Assembly: GCA_038230575.1 (NCBI GenBank)
Contig: JBBRNA010000022.1
Location: 563 to 64,562 of the forward strand
DNA from: Terriglobales bacterium
GTDB taxonomy: Bacteria; Acidobacteriota; Terriglobia; Terriglobales; Acidobacteriaceae
Direction of reading: 5' to 3'
DNA length: 64,000 bases
Both the position numbers and the translations under genes were made by a program. This document shows, in pieces, positions 8,595 through 18,669 of this stretch. The notes below the pieces were generated by a model, which worked only from the letters and a program-made list of their open reading frames with translations, made no database searches and had not been told where the DNA came from. Each line of letters opens with the position of its first letter. The first letter of the stretch is position 1.

Positions 8595-10388
8595 TTAGTT
8601 GCTTGGCGCGCCAGCGGTCGGTGCAGGAGCGCTTGATGCCGACTGAATACTTGCAGCATTTAGCCGCGTCAGTCGTGGGTAGAAGGGCGTCACCTCGAAC
8701 GGCATTTTATCGCGGGCCGAAGTGATGGCTACCGGTTGAGCTTTCACGATTTCAACCTTGTCATCCCACGCATTGAGCTTCACGCGCGACCCGAGAGGCA
8801 AGGCGGCGATCTGGTCCATCTTGTTCCAATCAAGAGCCGGAGCGGAAGTTGCCAACTGCGCCATACGAGTGACTGTGCCGTTTTCACAAATGTTGTTGCC
8901 GAGATGCGCCTGAAGCAGGGCATTCAATTGAGGAGCGCGCCCCTGCAACGCCTTGATGAACAGGCCAGCCGATTCCATTTTCTGGGCGTACGGAGAGGCC
9001 TTCAACATTTCGAGCGCTTTCTTGTCGGCGGCAGCTTCCTCTTCCGGAATGTGCTTGAAGCCGAGGTTGTGATAAGTGGCGTCATCCGAGAAGAGCATTC
9101 GGTCGTTAAACGCGTACTGGCTGCCCAGGTTGTGGCCTAGCACAATGTGAGCGAGTTCATGAGCCAGGACCATTGCCAGGCTGCCCTCGTCAGGCAGAAC
9201 GTCAATCAGCCCGCGGCTTACGATGATCGTGTTGCCAACGCTGAAAGTCTCCAAGGGAGAAGTGATCAGCACTCGCGTGCGTACCGGCCGTGGCAATTCG
9301 ATGTTGTTGGTGATCTCAATGTTATTGACCACCGTCTGCAGAATTTTGTCGACGTCGCCTTCCGGAGCGAGCAATCCAGCTCGTTCCAGGCGCTCGTTGA
9401 CGTTGTCTTCCGCCTGCTGCTGCCAGTTGCGCTCAGCCGCGAGCGGCGTCGCGTCTTGTGCCGTCGGGGTGTCGTCTTTCACGCTGTCGATGCGAATGTT
9501 GGTCAGTTCGTCGTTCGGAGTCGCGGTCTTCAGGTTGTAGCCCCACATGCGAGTCTGGGCTTTGAATGCAATGGTGTTTTTCGCTCCGGCGGTAAAGTCC
9601 CCTTCTTCGCTGTAGATGTAGGCTGGCAGCCAGTATCCCGGAACCAGGTTCAGTCTCCAGCTATCCATATGGAAGTAGTAGTTGTTGCGCGTCGGGTGCG
9701 AATACGTGCCGTTCAGACGAACGATGTTGAAATCCTGATCTTCAACCCAGATGCGCCCCAGGAAGCGGCCGTGCCCGGCATCTTTCTTCGGTGTGATGTC
9801 GAATACAAGGCAGCGGATGTCGCCGACAAATTCACGGCGAGCAAAATGAAAGTTGTAGTGTTGACGATCGAAGTCGTTACGGTCGGCGAAGATCATCCAT
9901 GAAAAGCCGAGGGGCTGATATTGGAACTTGAACTTGCTGCCAAAACCGCCGAGCAGGCGCTTCTCCATGCTTTCGGTTTTCTCGCTCAGTTTGCCTTTGG
10001 AGCCGCCCAGATAGTCGTTGCGATCGATCGAGTCGGTCAGATCCATGCGTCCAAGAAAATAGTGGTCGTTCTGAGGGACCGGACCGAGTTGAGGATCCTG
10101 CGTCAGATTCTGCAAGTAGGTTTCAATCAGGGGCGTGCGCGGAGCAAGAAATTTGACTAAATCTTTCTCGCGCAAGATCACCCGATCAACCGCCTGATCC
10201 ATCGTTGCAGGAGGAGCGAGATTGATTTGCGGTTGCACCGAAACCGACGATTGCGTCGACGAAACCGGTTGAAGGTTTTGCGGCGCAGGCGCCGACTGTT
10301 GGGCGGCGGACGTCATGGTCATCGCCAGAAGTGCCAGTAACATCCATTTCGAACTGCGCATTTCATTCCGCATAAATCGTGTCTCCAA
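8595..10388 (-). CDS. secreted M48-like zinc metalloprotease with a large N-terminal domain of unknown function
   Basis: Signal peptide MLLALLAMTMTSAAQ. HExxH in MVLAHELAHIVLGH in the C-terminal third. Confidence 0.75.
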   Translation of the reverse strand: METRFMRNEMRSSKWMLLALLAMTMTSAAQQSAPAPQNLQPVSSTQSSVSVQPQINLAPPATMDQAVDRVILREKDLVKFLAPRTPLIETYLQNLTQDPQLGPVPQNDHYFLGRMDLTDSIDRNDYLGGSKGKLSEKTESMEKRLLGGFGSKFKFQYQPLGFSWMIFADRNDFDRQHYNFHFARREFVGDIRCLVFDITPKKDAGHGRFLGRIWVEDQDFNIVRLNGTYSHPTRNNYYFHMDSWRLNLVPGYWLPAYIYSEEGDFTAGAKNTIAFKAQTRMWGYNLKTATPNDELTNIRIDSVKDDTPTAQDATPLAAERNWQQQAEDNVNERLERAGLLAPEGDVDKILQTVVNNIEITNNIELPRPVRTRVLITSPLETFSVGNTIIVSRGLIDVLPDEGSLAMVLAHELAHIVLGHNLGSQYAFNDRMLFSDDATYHNLGFKHIPEEEAAADKKALEMLKASPYAQKMESAGLFIKALQGRAPQLNALLQAHLGNNICENGTVTRMAQLATSAPALDWNKMDQIAALPLGSRVKLNAWDDKVEIVKAQPVAITSARDKMPFEVTPFYPRLTRLNAASIQSASSAPAPTAGAPSN

Positions 10389-10392
10389 AAGT

Positions 10393-11460
10393 TCAATATG
10401 CTAATGCAAAGACCACATGAACCACTGCACTCGAATTGACCGCTTGTCCGTTGCGTACCGCAGCCTTGAAGCGCATTTTGTTAGCCGCCGAAACTGCTGC
10501 TTCATCTAAGCCATGGCCCAGTCCGCGCACCACGCGATTGACGTGAAGCTGGCCATTTGCAGAAAACTCGACTTCTAAAAGAACTTCGCCTTCCAACCGC
10601 ATGGCGCGTGCTTCATCGGTATAGACCGGGTTCGGCTTGTATGTGACCTCGACCGCGTTGCTGGTCAGTGAGACATCCATGCGCTGCGCATGGGGAACGT
10701 TTTGCGCCACTTCCTGCGTGCCGAAAGTGGAAGTCTTGACTAAGCCGCGGCCGCTCTTGCGGCCGTCACCTTGGCCGCCGGTGGCAACGCCACTACCGAA
10801 GTCTGCGCTCGCCACTGTTCCTTTAAGGCCCTTTGCCCCGCCGGAGCCGTTGCCTTCTCCCGCGCCCACCGGCATGTCAAACGAACCGTTTGTCGAAGCG
10901 ATCAACTTTCCGTTGGGCTTACTGTGTTCGCTCGGCTTCAGTCCGTTCGGATCTCCGAACCCGCCGGTCTGAACTTTTTCAACCGGTGCGTTCAACGTTG
11001 GAGCCACCGAACTTCCCTGGAATTCGCCTGTGTGAATCAGTACCGGTCGTGCGCCGCTCGACATTTTTAATACGGCTGGTGCAAAGTTATTCACGACGAC
11101 TTTCGGTGCTTCCATTTCTTGAGGTTGTTGCTTGGCAACGCGAGTCTCTCTAGGCACAACCAGTTTTGGCGCCTGGAAAACCGGGTCTGGTGGCAGCAAC
11201 TTGGCGTGGACCGGCAGCGGTCTTGGCTTCGGAAGCGCTTCAGGCCGGAGTGGAGGCCGCGCGATGAGTTCCGTCACGTGAAAGTTTGGAGCCACCAACA
11301 TCGTGTCGGGAAGAATGATGCCGAAGCAAATCAGGAGCAGGATGAGAGCGCTAACTAACCCATAACTTGTGGCAAAGGTGCGCCAGTCCCACTTCTTTTC
11401 TGGCAGCAGGCCGAGTTCGAAACTGCGATCGTTCGTAGGCATATGACTCCAAAAAGGCAC
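10393..11460 (-). CDS. TonB-family energy transducer
   Basis: N-terminal TM anchor, Pro-rich spacer (RPPLRPEALPKPRPLPV) and C-terminal TonB domain (YTDEARAMRLEGEVLLEVEFSANGQ...). It lies 4 nt downstream of the start codon of the following protease gene, so the two probably form an operon. Confidence 0.8.
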   Translation of the reverse strand: MPFWSHMPTNDRSFELGLLPEKKWDWRTFATSYGLVSALILLLICFGIILPDTMLVAPNFHVTELIARPPLRPEALPKPRPLPVHAKLLPPDPVFQAPKLVVPRETRVAKQQPQEMEAPKVVVNNFAPAVLKMSSGARPVLIHTGEFQGSSVAPTLNAPVEKVQTGGFGDPNGLKPSEHSKPNGKLIASTNGSFDMPVGAGEGNGSGGAKGLKGTVASADFGSGVATGGQGDGRKSGRGLVKTSTFGTQEVAQNVPHAQRMDVSLTSNAVEVTYKPNPVYTDEARAMRLEGEVLLEVEFSANGQLHVNRVVRGLGHGLDEAAVSAANKMRFKAAVRNGQAVNSSAVVHVVFALAY

Positions 11461-11580
11461 CTAAGCGTGGGTGGAACTCAGGTTGGAGACACAACCTTAA
11501 CGGGAGAATGGGCAGGGGTAAACGTGTCGCCTGCGCCTGTCCTTTAGTAATCAATCGGTATGTGACCTTGCGATGAAACT

Positions 11581-12981
11581 TTACTTTGGTAACGTCGAGC
11601 GCCGCCGTTGAAAAAAGTAAAAGACGGGAATGCCGGCAAGAATTACCAGGCAACCCGCGGCTGAACTCTTGACGTTGTCGGTGAAGGTGTAATAAAGGAG
11701 TGCTGCGGAGACGACAACAAACAAGGCGGGAACGACCGGATATCCCCAAACCTTGTAGGGACGGGTTAGTAAAGGTTCGCGGCGGCGGAAAACAAATATC
11801 GTGCTTCCCGTGATCATGTAGAAGAGCCACTCTGCAAAAATGGCGAGCGAAAAGAATTGGCGGAAGTTGCCGCCGAGAAGCAGGAGCGTGACAGCTAGCA
11901 CGCATTGCAAGGCGATGGCGACTGACGGCGTGCGAAATCGCGGATGCACTTCTGCAATAGCTTTGAAGAAATATCCGTCGCGAGCCATGGCGAAGGGAAC
12001 ACGAGCCCCGCTCATGATCGAGCCATTCAGAGTGACGAGCATCGAGATCGCCATTCCCGCGGAGACGAGACCCGCGCCAGCGCGCCCCAGAACAAGCGCT
12101 ACAACATCCGATGCTGGGCGTTGCGACACGGCGACGCTGGCGGCCGGGAGCACGTACTGCACGGCGGCGTTGACCATAATGTAGAGGGCGCCGACGGTTG
12201 CTACTCCCCAAATCAGGGATAGCGGGATGTTGCGTTGCGGATCACGTATTTCGCCCGCCACCATATTCAAGTCGTTCCACCCGTCATAGGCCCACAAGGC
12301 TGCGACCAGGGCTGCGAAGAAACCAACGGCCCCGCCTTTTGCGCCATTGAATTCGGTAGCGAAATTTGACCAACTTCCTCCCTTGTAGGAGAAACCAACA
12401 ACAACGATGCCCACAATGATCGCAACCTTGAGCAGCGTGAACAGGAACTGAAATTCGCCCGCGCGTCGAACCCCAATGTAATTAAGAAGCGAGATGAGAA
12501 TCGTGGCTCCCACTGCGAACATCTGCCCGTTTGTGATGGTGAAAGTGTGGGAACCAAACTGTCGGTCTAACAGAGGGCGACCAAGAAAAGAAAAGACGGA
12601 GAAAGTTTGCAGGATGCGAACCAACCCGGTTGTGATGGTCGCTATCGAGGCAGGTTTCGAGATCAGGAACGTTGTCCAGGAATAGAGGAAGGCGGCGAGC
12701 GGGCCGTAAGCGTCGCGAACGTAAACATATTCGCCCCCTGCTTGCGGCTTCATGGCGCCGAGTTCGGCGTAGGTGAGCGCGCCAAAAAACGAAAGCAAGC
12801 CGCCCACCATCCAGGCAAGGTAGACGAGCCGGGCCGAGCCGACTGCCTGCATCATTTCCGCTGGGACCAGGAAAATTCCGCTGCCTATGATTGTGCCGAC
12901 TACAACCGCGCCGGCATGCGACAGTCCGAGGTCGCGGGCTAGTTCGGGGCGATCGTGATTGTGTTTAGTCGTCGTCGGCAT
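11581..12981 (-). CDS. amino acid permease (APC superfamily)
   Basis: 466 aa with about 12 TM segments. GTIIGSGIFLVPAEM and the YAELGAM...GGEYVYV signature. Confidence 0.9.
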   Translation of the reverse strand: MPTTTKHNHDRPELARDLGLSHAGAVVVGTIIGSGIFLVPAEMMQAVGSARLVYLAWMVGGLLSFFGALTYAELGAMKPQAGGEYVYVRDAYGPLAAFLYSWTTFLISKPASIATITTGLVRILQTFSVFSFLGRPLLDRQFGSHTFTITNGQMFAVGATILISLLNYIGVRRAGEFQFLFTLLKVAIIVGIVVVGFSYKGGSWSNFATEFNGAKGGAVGFFAALVAALWAYDGWNDLNMVAGEIRDPQRNIPLSLIWGVATVGALYIMVNAAVQYVLPAASVAVSQRPASDVVALVLGRAGAGLVSAGMAISMLVTLNGSIMSGARVPFAMARDGYFFKAIAEVHPRFRTPSVAIALQCVLAVTLLLLGGNFRQFFSLAIFAEWLFYMITGSTIFVFRRREPLLTRPYKVWGYPVVPALFVVVSAALLYYTFTDNVKSSAAGCLVILAGIPVFYFFQRRRSTLPK

Positions 12982-13015
12982 CGTTGCTCGAATTTACACC
13001 AATATAGTAGCGATG

Positions 13016-14488
13016 CTATCGATTGTTGCTTGCGGTAGGCGGCGCAGAAATTAGCGACTGCTTCGGAGCTTCCCAGATAAAGCTGGCCGCGTACCCAACC
13101 AGAAAAGTAAGGCTGGTCCCAATTGCGACCCACCACGTAAACGCCACACTCGACCATTGCCAAAGATAAAGTTCGATCGCCAGGCCGCATAGCATGCCTA
13201 CGATAGCTCCGCGCTGATTCGCACGCCTGGTCAGCACGCCAAGCAGAAACACGCCAAGCAACGCGCCGTACGCCACCGAAGCGATCTGAAGTCCGACCTC
13301 AATCACCCGGCTCACCCGATGCAGAGCCAGCAAGGCCAGCCCGAACAGAATCAAGGCCCATCCAACGGTTGCCACGCGAGCCAGCCGCAGGCGTTGAGGG
13401 TCGCCAATTGCCGGGCGGAAACGAACATAGAAATCCATGATCGAACTGGACGATAGGGAGTTGAGCGCGGCGCTCAAATTGGACATGGCAGCGGCCAGAA
13501 TGGCTGCGATGAGCAACCCGGCGATGCCGTGAGGCATGCGGCTGACGATAAAAGTGGGATAAATTCTGTCTGCCCGTCCAAACGTCGAGGATGGAACGTG
13601 ATAGAAGGCAAAGAGCATGACTCCAACAAAAAGAAAGAGAGCGAACTGCAACAAAACTGCAATCGAACTTGACAGTAGCGCCAATACCGATTGTCGCTCA
13701 TTCTTGGCCGCAAGAAGACGTTGTACGATCAGCTGATCGGTGCCGTGGCTGGCGGTTCTCAGGAATGCTCCGCCAATAATGCCAGCCCAGATTGTATAGG
13801 GCCTTGAGATCAAGGTCGAAAAGTCCAGCAATTGGAATTTATGCGAAGCTTCGGCGAGGCTTCGAGTTGATTCCCAGCCGCCCGGAACCAGATGCAATAT
13901 GGTGACAAGGCCAACCAACGTGCCTCCGACGTAAATAAAAGTCTGAACCACGTCGGTCCAGATCACCGCCGCCAGTCCTCCTTCGAAGGTGTAGATCAGC
14001 GTGAGAAGAGTGATGATCGCAATCGATGCGACTTCGCCCGTCCCGAGCGCGATTGAGACCACGATTGAAACAGCGTAGACGCGTACGCCTTCCGCGGCGG
14101 CTCGCGTTATTAAAAACAGGCCGGCAGTCACGGTTCGCAGTTCCGGCCCAAATCGCCGTTCGATTAGCTGGTAGGCAGTGTAGAGCTCACCGCGAAAATA
14201 TTGTGGAAGAAGAATGAAACTTATCACCACTGAGCCGATGACATACCCCAACACGAGTTGCAGAAAAGTAAAGTTTGAATCGTATGCCAGGCCAGGAATA
14301 CTAATGATGGTCAACGTGCTGGTTTCGGCGGCGACGATCGAGAGCGCGATTGCCCACCATGGGATGCTGCGGTCGGCAAGGAAGTAATCTCGCATCGTCC
14401 GCTGCTTCTTGCGAAAGCGCAGGCCGAAAAGCGTGATGCCGACTAGGTAGGCCGTGATAATCAGCAGATCGAGTTTGTTCAATCCCAA
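13016..14488 (-). CDS. sodium:solute symporter (SSS family)
   Basis: 490 aa with about 13 TM segments. GGLAAVIWTDVVQTFIYVGG is the classic SSF signature. Confidence 0.9.
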   Translation of the reverse strand: MGLNKLDLLIITAYLVGITLFGLRFRKKQRTMRDYFLADRSIPWWAIALSIVAAETSTLTIISIPGLAYDSNFTFLQLVLGYVIGSVVISFILLPQYFRGELYTAYQLIERRFGPELRTVTAGLFLITRAAAEGVRVYAVSIVVSIALGTGEVASIAIITLLTLIYTFEGGLAAVIWTDVVQTFIYVGGTLVGLVTILHLVPGGWESTRSLAEASHKFQLLDFSTLISRPYTIWAGIIGGAFLRTASHGTDQLIVQRLLAAKNERQSVLALLSSSIAVLLQFALFLFVGVMLFAFYHVPSSTFGRADRIYPTFIVSRMPHGIAGLLIAAILAAAMSNLSAALNSLSSSSIMDFYVRFRPAIGDPQRLRLARVATVGWALILFGLALLALHRVSRVIEVGLQIASVAYGALLGVFLLGVLTRRANQRGAIVGMLCGLAIELYLWQWSSVAFTWWVAIGTSLTFLVGYAASFIWEAPKQSLISAPPTASNNR

Positions 14489-14628
14489 GCGTGAGCCTTC
14501 GCGGCAGCACGTAACTCAAAAAGAGCACGCGCAGTCTACAAACGAGGTTCATTGTACAAGCATGCTTCTAGCAACGTGCCAGACATGCGGCTATGCTGTT
14601 CTTAGCGAATACAAATATAGGAGGCATC

Positions 14629-15276
14629 GTGGTAGATATTCACCCTCCCCATGGATCGATTCATTCGTGGAAAGACTTTTCGATCTATTTGCTGACCGTG
14701 GTTTTAGGAATTCTCATCGCGCTCTCGCTCGAGGGGTTGCTTCAATGGCAACATCATCGAGCGCTGGCCGAAGAGGCAACTTTGAAATTGACCGATGAAA
14801 TCCGTCATAACCGCGATGTGCTTGCGAGTGGATTGAGGCAAGCGCCCGATGCCGAAAAACGATTGAAGACGACAATAGATGCCATCGAAGCATTTAAGCG
14901 AAATCATCACGAGGAATCTGCGAGGAGCTTCGATTGGTCGTTTGGACTATTCGAACTGGCGGGCACCGCGTGGAGCACCGCCGCCAGCACTGGAGCGTTG
15001 AGCTACATGGACTATCGGCAATTGCAGGGCTATACGAAAATTTACATCCTGCAGGAACAACTGATGTCCCTTCAACAGACCACCTTCGCCAAGTGGCTTG
15101 ATTTGCAAAAATGGGGGAAACGCGACGACCTCAAAAGCGGCTTGGCGGGATTAACAGCGGAAGAGGTATCGAAAATCGAGATCGAAGCAAGCGCTGCCTT
15201 GGTTCACACGGAAGCCGAAGAAAGCGTCGCTCGAGCGCTCATGCAGCAGTACACGGACATAGTTGGGGAGAAATAG
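14629..15276 (+). CDS. hypothetical membrane-anchored protein
   Basis: AGGAGG at 14619-14624 followed by an in-frame GTG at 14629 (VVDIHPPHG...). One TM helix (FSIYLLTVVLGILIALSL), then a helical soluble domain. The listed ORF starts at 14593. Confidence 0.55.
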   Translation: MVDIHPPHGSIHSWKDFSIYLLTVVLGILIALSLEGLLQWQHHRALAEEATLKLTDEIRHNRDVLASGLRQAPDAEKRLKTTIDAIEAFKRNHHEESARSFDWSFGLFELAGTAWSTAASTGALSYMDYRQLQGYTKIYILQEQLMSLQQTTFAKWLDLQKWGKRDDLKSGLAGLTAEEVSKIEIEASAALVHTEAEESVARALMQQYTDIVGEK

Positions 15277-15278
15277 CG

Positions 15279-16217
15279 CTGGCATATTTTCTAGGGATCG
15301 ACGGCGGTGGCACAAAGACCCGTTTCGCTTTGGGCGACGAGACCACGATTCTCGCCCGGGCAATTTGTGGCGGCAGTAACATCATTCGCCTCGGAGAGGC
15401 GCAGGCGAAAGACGTGCTGCGCAACGGAGTTAAGCAAGTGACCACGGCGGCGAGGATTTCTCCCTCGCAGATTCGCGCAACCTGCATAGGAGCTGCGGGC
15501 GCCGCTCGAAGCGAAGTGGCCGCGAAAATCAACGCCATTTTGTTGGATCTCTCGCTTACCAATGTCGAGGTCGTTGGAGATGCCGTTATCGCTTTGGACG
15601 CTGCATTCCGTGAGGGGCCGGGAATCATAGCGATCTCAGGCACAGGCTCGATCGTCTGCGGTCGTGACGGCTTAGGCCACGCCGCACGGGCAGGAGGCTG
15701 GGGCTTCGCCGTATCAGACGAAGGATCCGGCCACTGGATTGGGAAGAAAGCGATTTCAGCTACGTTAAGTGCTCATGACGAAGAGCGGTCCACTTTGCTC
15801 ACCAATCTAATTTTCAAAAACTGGAAAATCCATTCCCTTGAAGAGTTTGTCAATCATGCGAACGCAACCCCAGCGCCAGATTTTCCCCGAATCTTCCCGC
15901 TCGTACTCCGCGCCGCAGGTGAAGGGGACGAAGTAGCGAAAGAGTTGCTCACCGAAGCTGGAACGAAATTGGCAGCGTTAGTGGCAACCGTTCTCCGCAA
16001 GATCAATTCACCAAATAGACCGAGCCAGAGCGCGGCAACGGACGCGCATGTTTTATTGCCGGTTGCAACAACGGGCAGCGTGTTCCGGCAGTCTTCGCAC
16101 GTCCGTGAAACGTTTACCGCTTTGCTCCAGGCGAAATTTCCCAGCATCAAGGTGCGCGAAGAGATCGCAGAACCAATCAACGGTGCGTTGTTTCGGGCTC
16201 GAGCTTCACTTGGATAA
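15279..16217 (+). CDS. BadF/BadG/BcrA/BcrD-type ATPase (N-acetylglucosamine-kinase-like); start codon unresolved
   Basis: YFLGIDGGGTKTRFAL phosphate-1 motif and IAISGTGS. The only canonical in-frame start is the ATG at 15111, which overlaps the upstream gene by 166 nt. 15279 is a CTG, 8-10 nt after GGGGAG. Confidence 0.7.
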   Translation: MAYFLGIDGGGTKTRFALGDETTILARAICGGSNIIRLGEAQAKDVLRNGVKQVTTAARISPSQIRATCIGAAGAARSEVAAKINAILLDLSLTNVEVVGDAVIALDAAFREGPGIIAISGTGSIVCGRDGLGHAARAGGWGFAVSDEGSGHWIGKKAISATLSAHDEERSTLLTNLIFKNWKIHSLEEFVNHANATPAPDFPRIFPLVLRAAGEGDEVAKELLTEAGTKLAALVATVLRKINSPNRPSQSAATDAHVLLPVATTGSVFRQSSHVRETFTALLQAKFPSIKVREEIAEPINGALFRARASLG

Positions 16218-16260
16218 GTCCGAGGATCATTGACAGATTTTCGCTAGTGATTTCTAAAGC

Positions 16261-17058
16261 ATGGCCGAGAAAGAGAAATCTGCGCCCATTCCCGAGTCGG
16301 AATTCAACCTGACCGAAGATTCAGCTCTCGCTCTCTTGAGCAAAGCGGATGTTGCATCCGAGACGTGTGAACGGATTGCCAAAAATGGCAACTTGCTCAA
16401 GAGCCGCAAGGTGAAACGTGCACTGGTATGTCATCCGCGTACACCCAGACACGTGTCAGTGCCAGTTGCACGCCAGTTGTACACGTTCGATTTGATGAAG
16501 GTTGCGCTCTCGCCGACAGTTATTTCGGATATCAAGGTGGCGGTCGACGAAATTCTGATTAGCCGGCTCAGAACTGTCACGGAAGGAGAACGTTTGACGC
16601 TGGCGCGAAGGGCAACCGGACGTGTCGCCGCCGCCCTCCTGATGGACAGCGAAATAGCTTCAGGAAAAGTGGAGCTTAGGAGCAATGATGCTACTCTCGG
16701 ATACGAAAAGCGCGATGCGAAGGGCAAATCCAATATAGCTACTAAGGATACTCGCGTCATGCAGACGGCGCTCGAGAATCCGCGCCTTACGGAAGCGTTG
16801 GTGATCAAGGCCATCCTCACGCCGCACGCAGGTTTCGGCCTAATCAATGCAGTTGCACACCACACCAAGTGGTCCGTACGACGGGGTGTTCGCGCAGCTC
16901 TTCTTCGGACAGAATATTTATCCCTCGCGAAAGCGCTTGAGTACAGTCGTGAAATTTCAACCCATGCGCTCGCGGAGCTGTTAGGCAGTTCGCGTTTGCC
17001 CGAGCCAATTAAAAAGCAGCTGATGAAAGAGAGCAAAGATAGTGACAGTCCGGGCTAG
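16261..17058 (+). CDS. hypothetical helical-repeat protein
   Basis: 265-aa ORF with good coding appearance and recurring ...HPRTP..V...A..L... / ...NPRLTEALV... helical-repeat-like segments. I do not recognise a family. Confidence 0.55.
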   Translation: MAEKEKSAPIPESEFNLTEDSALALLSKADVASETCERIAKNGNLLKSRKVKRALVCHPRTPRHVSVPVARQLYTFDLMKVALSPTVISDIKVAVDEILISRLRTVTEGERLTLARRATGRVAAALLMDSEIASGKVELRSNDATLGYEKRDAKGKSNIATKDTRVMQTALENPRLTEALVIKAILTPHAGFGLINAVAHHTKWSVRRGVRAALLRTEYLSLAKALEYSREISTHALAELLGSSRLPEPIKKQLMKESKDSDSPG

Positions 17059-17158
17059 GCCGGGAGCGCGAGAGAAGGAGTCTCGCGCTGACAGACTCAC
17101 GCTAAAATTCGCGCGAGACTTATGAGGACTTGAAAACATCCGCCAAGGAGGCTAAGAA

Positions 17159-17632
17159 GTGTCGACCAATAGAGTTTTGGCTGTAATTTTATTTGCGTTT
17201 TGTCTAGCGTTGCCTTCGCACGCAACGAAACAAAGGCCGCTCAGGGGCGAGGAACTTTTACGCCAGCTCGAAGCAGACTTCGCAGCCGATGTGGCGCAAC
17301 ACGGCCACGACGCGTTCATCTCTCACTTCGCGGACGATGGCGTAGAGGTTGTTGACGGGGGAAATTTCAACAACAAAGACGCGATGCGAAAGCAGGGGCC
17401 GTGGGCGGACGGAACCACGCTCACTTGGACTCCCGTTAAAGCGGAAATGGCTAGCTCCGGAGATATGGGCTACACCTACGGCAACTACATTTACACCGCA
17501 AAAAACAAAGATGGCAAACTCACGACAAGTTATGGCAAGTACACTTCGATTTGGAAAAAGCAGAAGGATGGACAATGGAAAGTAGTTGTCGACATGGGCA
17601 ACGCGAGCCCTGATCCCAAGTCAACAAAGTGA
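17159..17632 (+). CDS. secreted DUF4440 / SnoaL-like (NTF2-fold) protein
   Basis: GTG start, signal peptide VLAVILFAFCLALPSHA, and C-terminal YTSIWKKQKDGQWKVVVD, which is typical of the NTF2-like fold. Confidence 0.6.
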   Translation: MSTNRVLAVILFAFCLALPSHATKQRPLRGEELLRQLEADFAADVAQHGHDAFISHFADDGVEVVDGGNFNNKDAMRKQGPWADGTTLTWTPVKAEMASSGDMGYTYGNYIYTAKNKDGKLTTSYGKYTSIWKKQKDGQWKVVVDMGNASPDPKSTK

Positions 17633-17653
17633 GAAAAAGCCGAACAAAGTCTC

Positions 17654-18535
17654 TCACACTGTCGATTTGGCGCGGATGGCAGCCATCAAAAGGGAAGTCA
17701 CGGGCGTAGCAATTGCGAAGCGCTCGCCCCCTCGTACGATTGGGCCTCCGATAGCTTCTAACTCTAACGGTCTCCCCGCGATGACATCCTTCTGCATAGA
17801 ACTGCGCATTGTCGGCGGTACCCCATCGAAGAATGCTAGAGTCTGATCCGAGCGAGTCTCGGCGCCGCTCGCCTGGGCTACCGCGCACGCCTCAGCTACT
17901 GCCGATTTTAATTTTTGACTCCACTCAGCGTCTGCAAGAATTTCACCTACGCTTTTTCCTGATGCGGATGTCGAAAGAGCGCCCGGACCGAGGAAGCAAA
18001 GCTTATTCCACAGTAAAGTTTGTTCATTCTGAATGAACTGGCACGTGAACCCGATCTTGCCAAGCGTCTCGGTGAGACCTCCGAGTAACGGCTTCGCGCT
18101 CTCCGTAAGGTTCAATCGCAGCAAGGGCGACCGCTGAATAAACTTTCCCGGCCCGCTACGTTCTGCCTCAACCGCGATCGTCGCTGGCAGCACGTGACTC
18201 GCCCCAAACCTTTCTCGCAACACGGAAACGTGATCGATTCCGTTGAGTAATGGAACGACGTAGCGAGGTGCCTGTTTGATCAATTCGAGAGCTGACGTTA
18301 ATTGGTAAGTTTTCGTTGCAATCCACAAAATGTCTGTCGGTTCGTTCAACTCAAATATGGGCTCAACGGATCCGGTCAGCGACTCTTGTGCGGCTGGCCG
18401 TTGCAGCGACAGTTGCGGCGGAAGGCTGGCTAAGGTTTCCGGCCGCACAATCACCTTGACGTGTTCGCCGGTCGACGAAAGCGCAGTGCCCATCAGACCG
18501 CCAATCGCGCCAAGTCCCAAAATTACGTGCTTCAT
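17654..18535 (-). CDS. panE: 2-dehydropantoate 2-reductase (ApbA/PanE family)
   Basis: N-terminal Rossmann motif MKHVILGLGAIGG. Length (293 aa) and C-terminal helical domain with SMQKD fit the ketopantoate reductase family. Confidence 0.75.
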   Translation of the reverse strand: MKHVILGLGAIGGLMGTALSSTGEHVKVIVRPETLASLPPQLSLQRPAAQESLTGSVEPIFELNEPTDILWIATKTYQLTSALELIKQAPRYVVPLLNGIDHVSVLRERFGASHVLPATIAVEAERSGPGKFIQRSPLLRLNLTESAKPLLGGLTETLGKIGFTCQFIQNEQTLLWNKLCFLGPGALSTSASGKSVGEILADAEWSQKLKSAVAEACAVAQASGAETRSDQTLAFFDGVPPTMRSSMQKDVIAGRPLELEAIGGPIVRGGERFAIATPVTSLLMAAIRAKSTV

Positions 18536-18669
18536 TCCTTACTCCCGAGATCGAATGCTGCAAAGCTTTGCTGCTAACGGATATCCACTGAGACGCTTTA
18601 CGCTACGGCCAAAAGTCTGTCACACTGGCGATCAAGTCAGCGTTATCGTTGTTGCTAGCTAACCACTAT

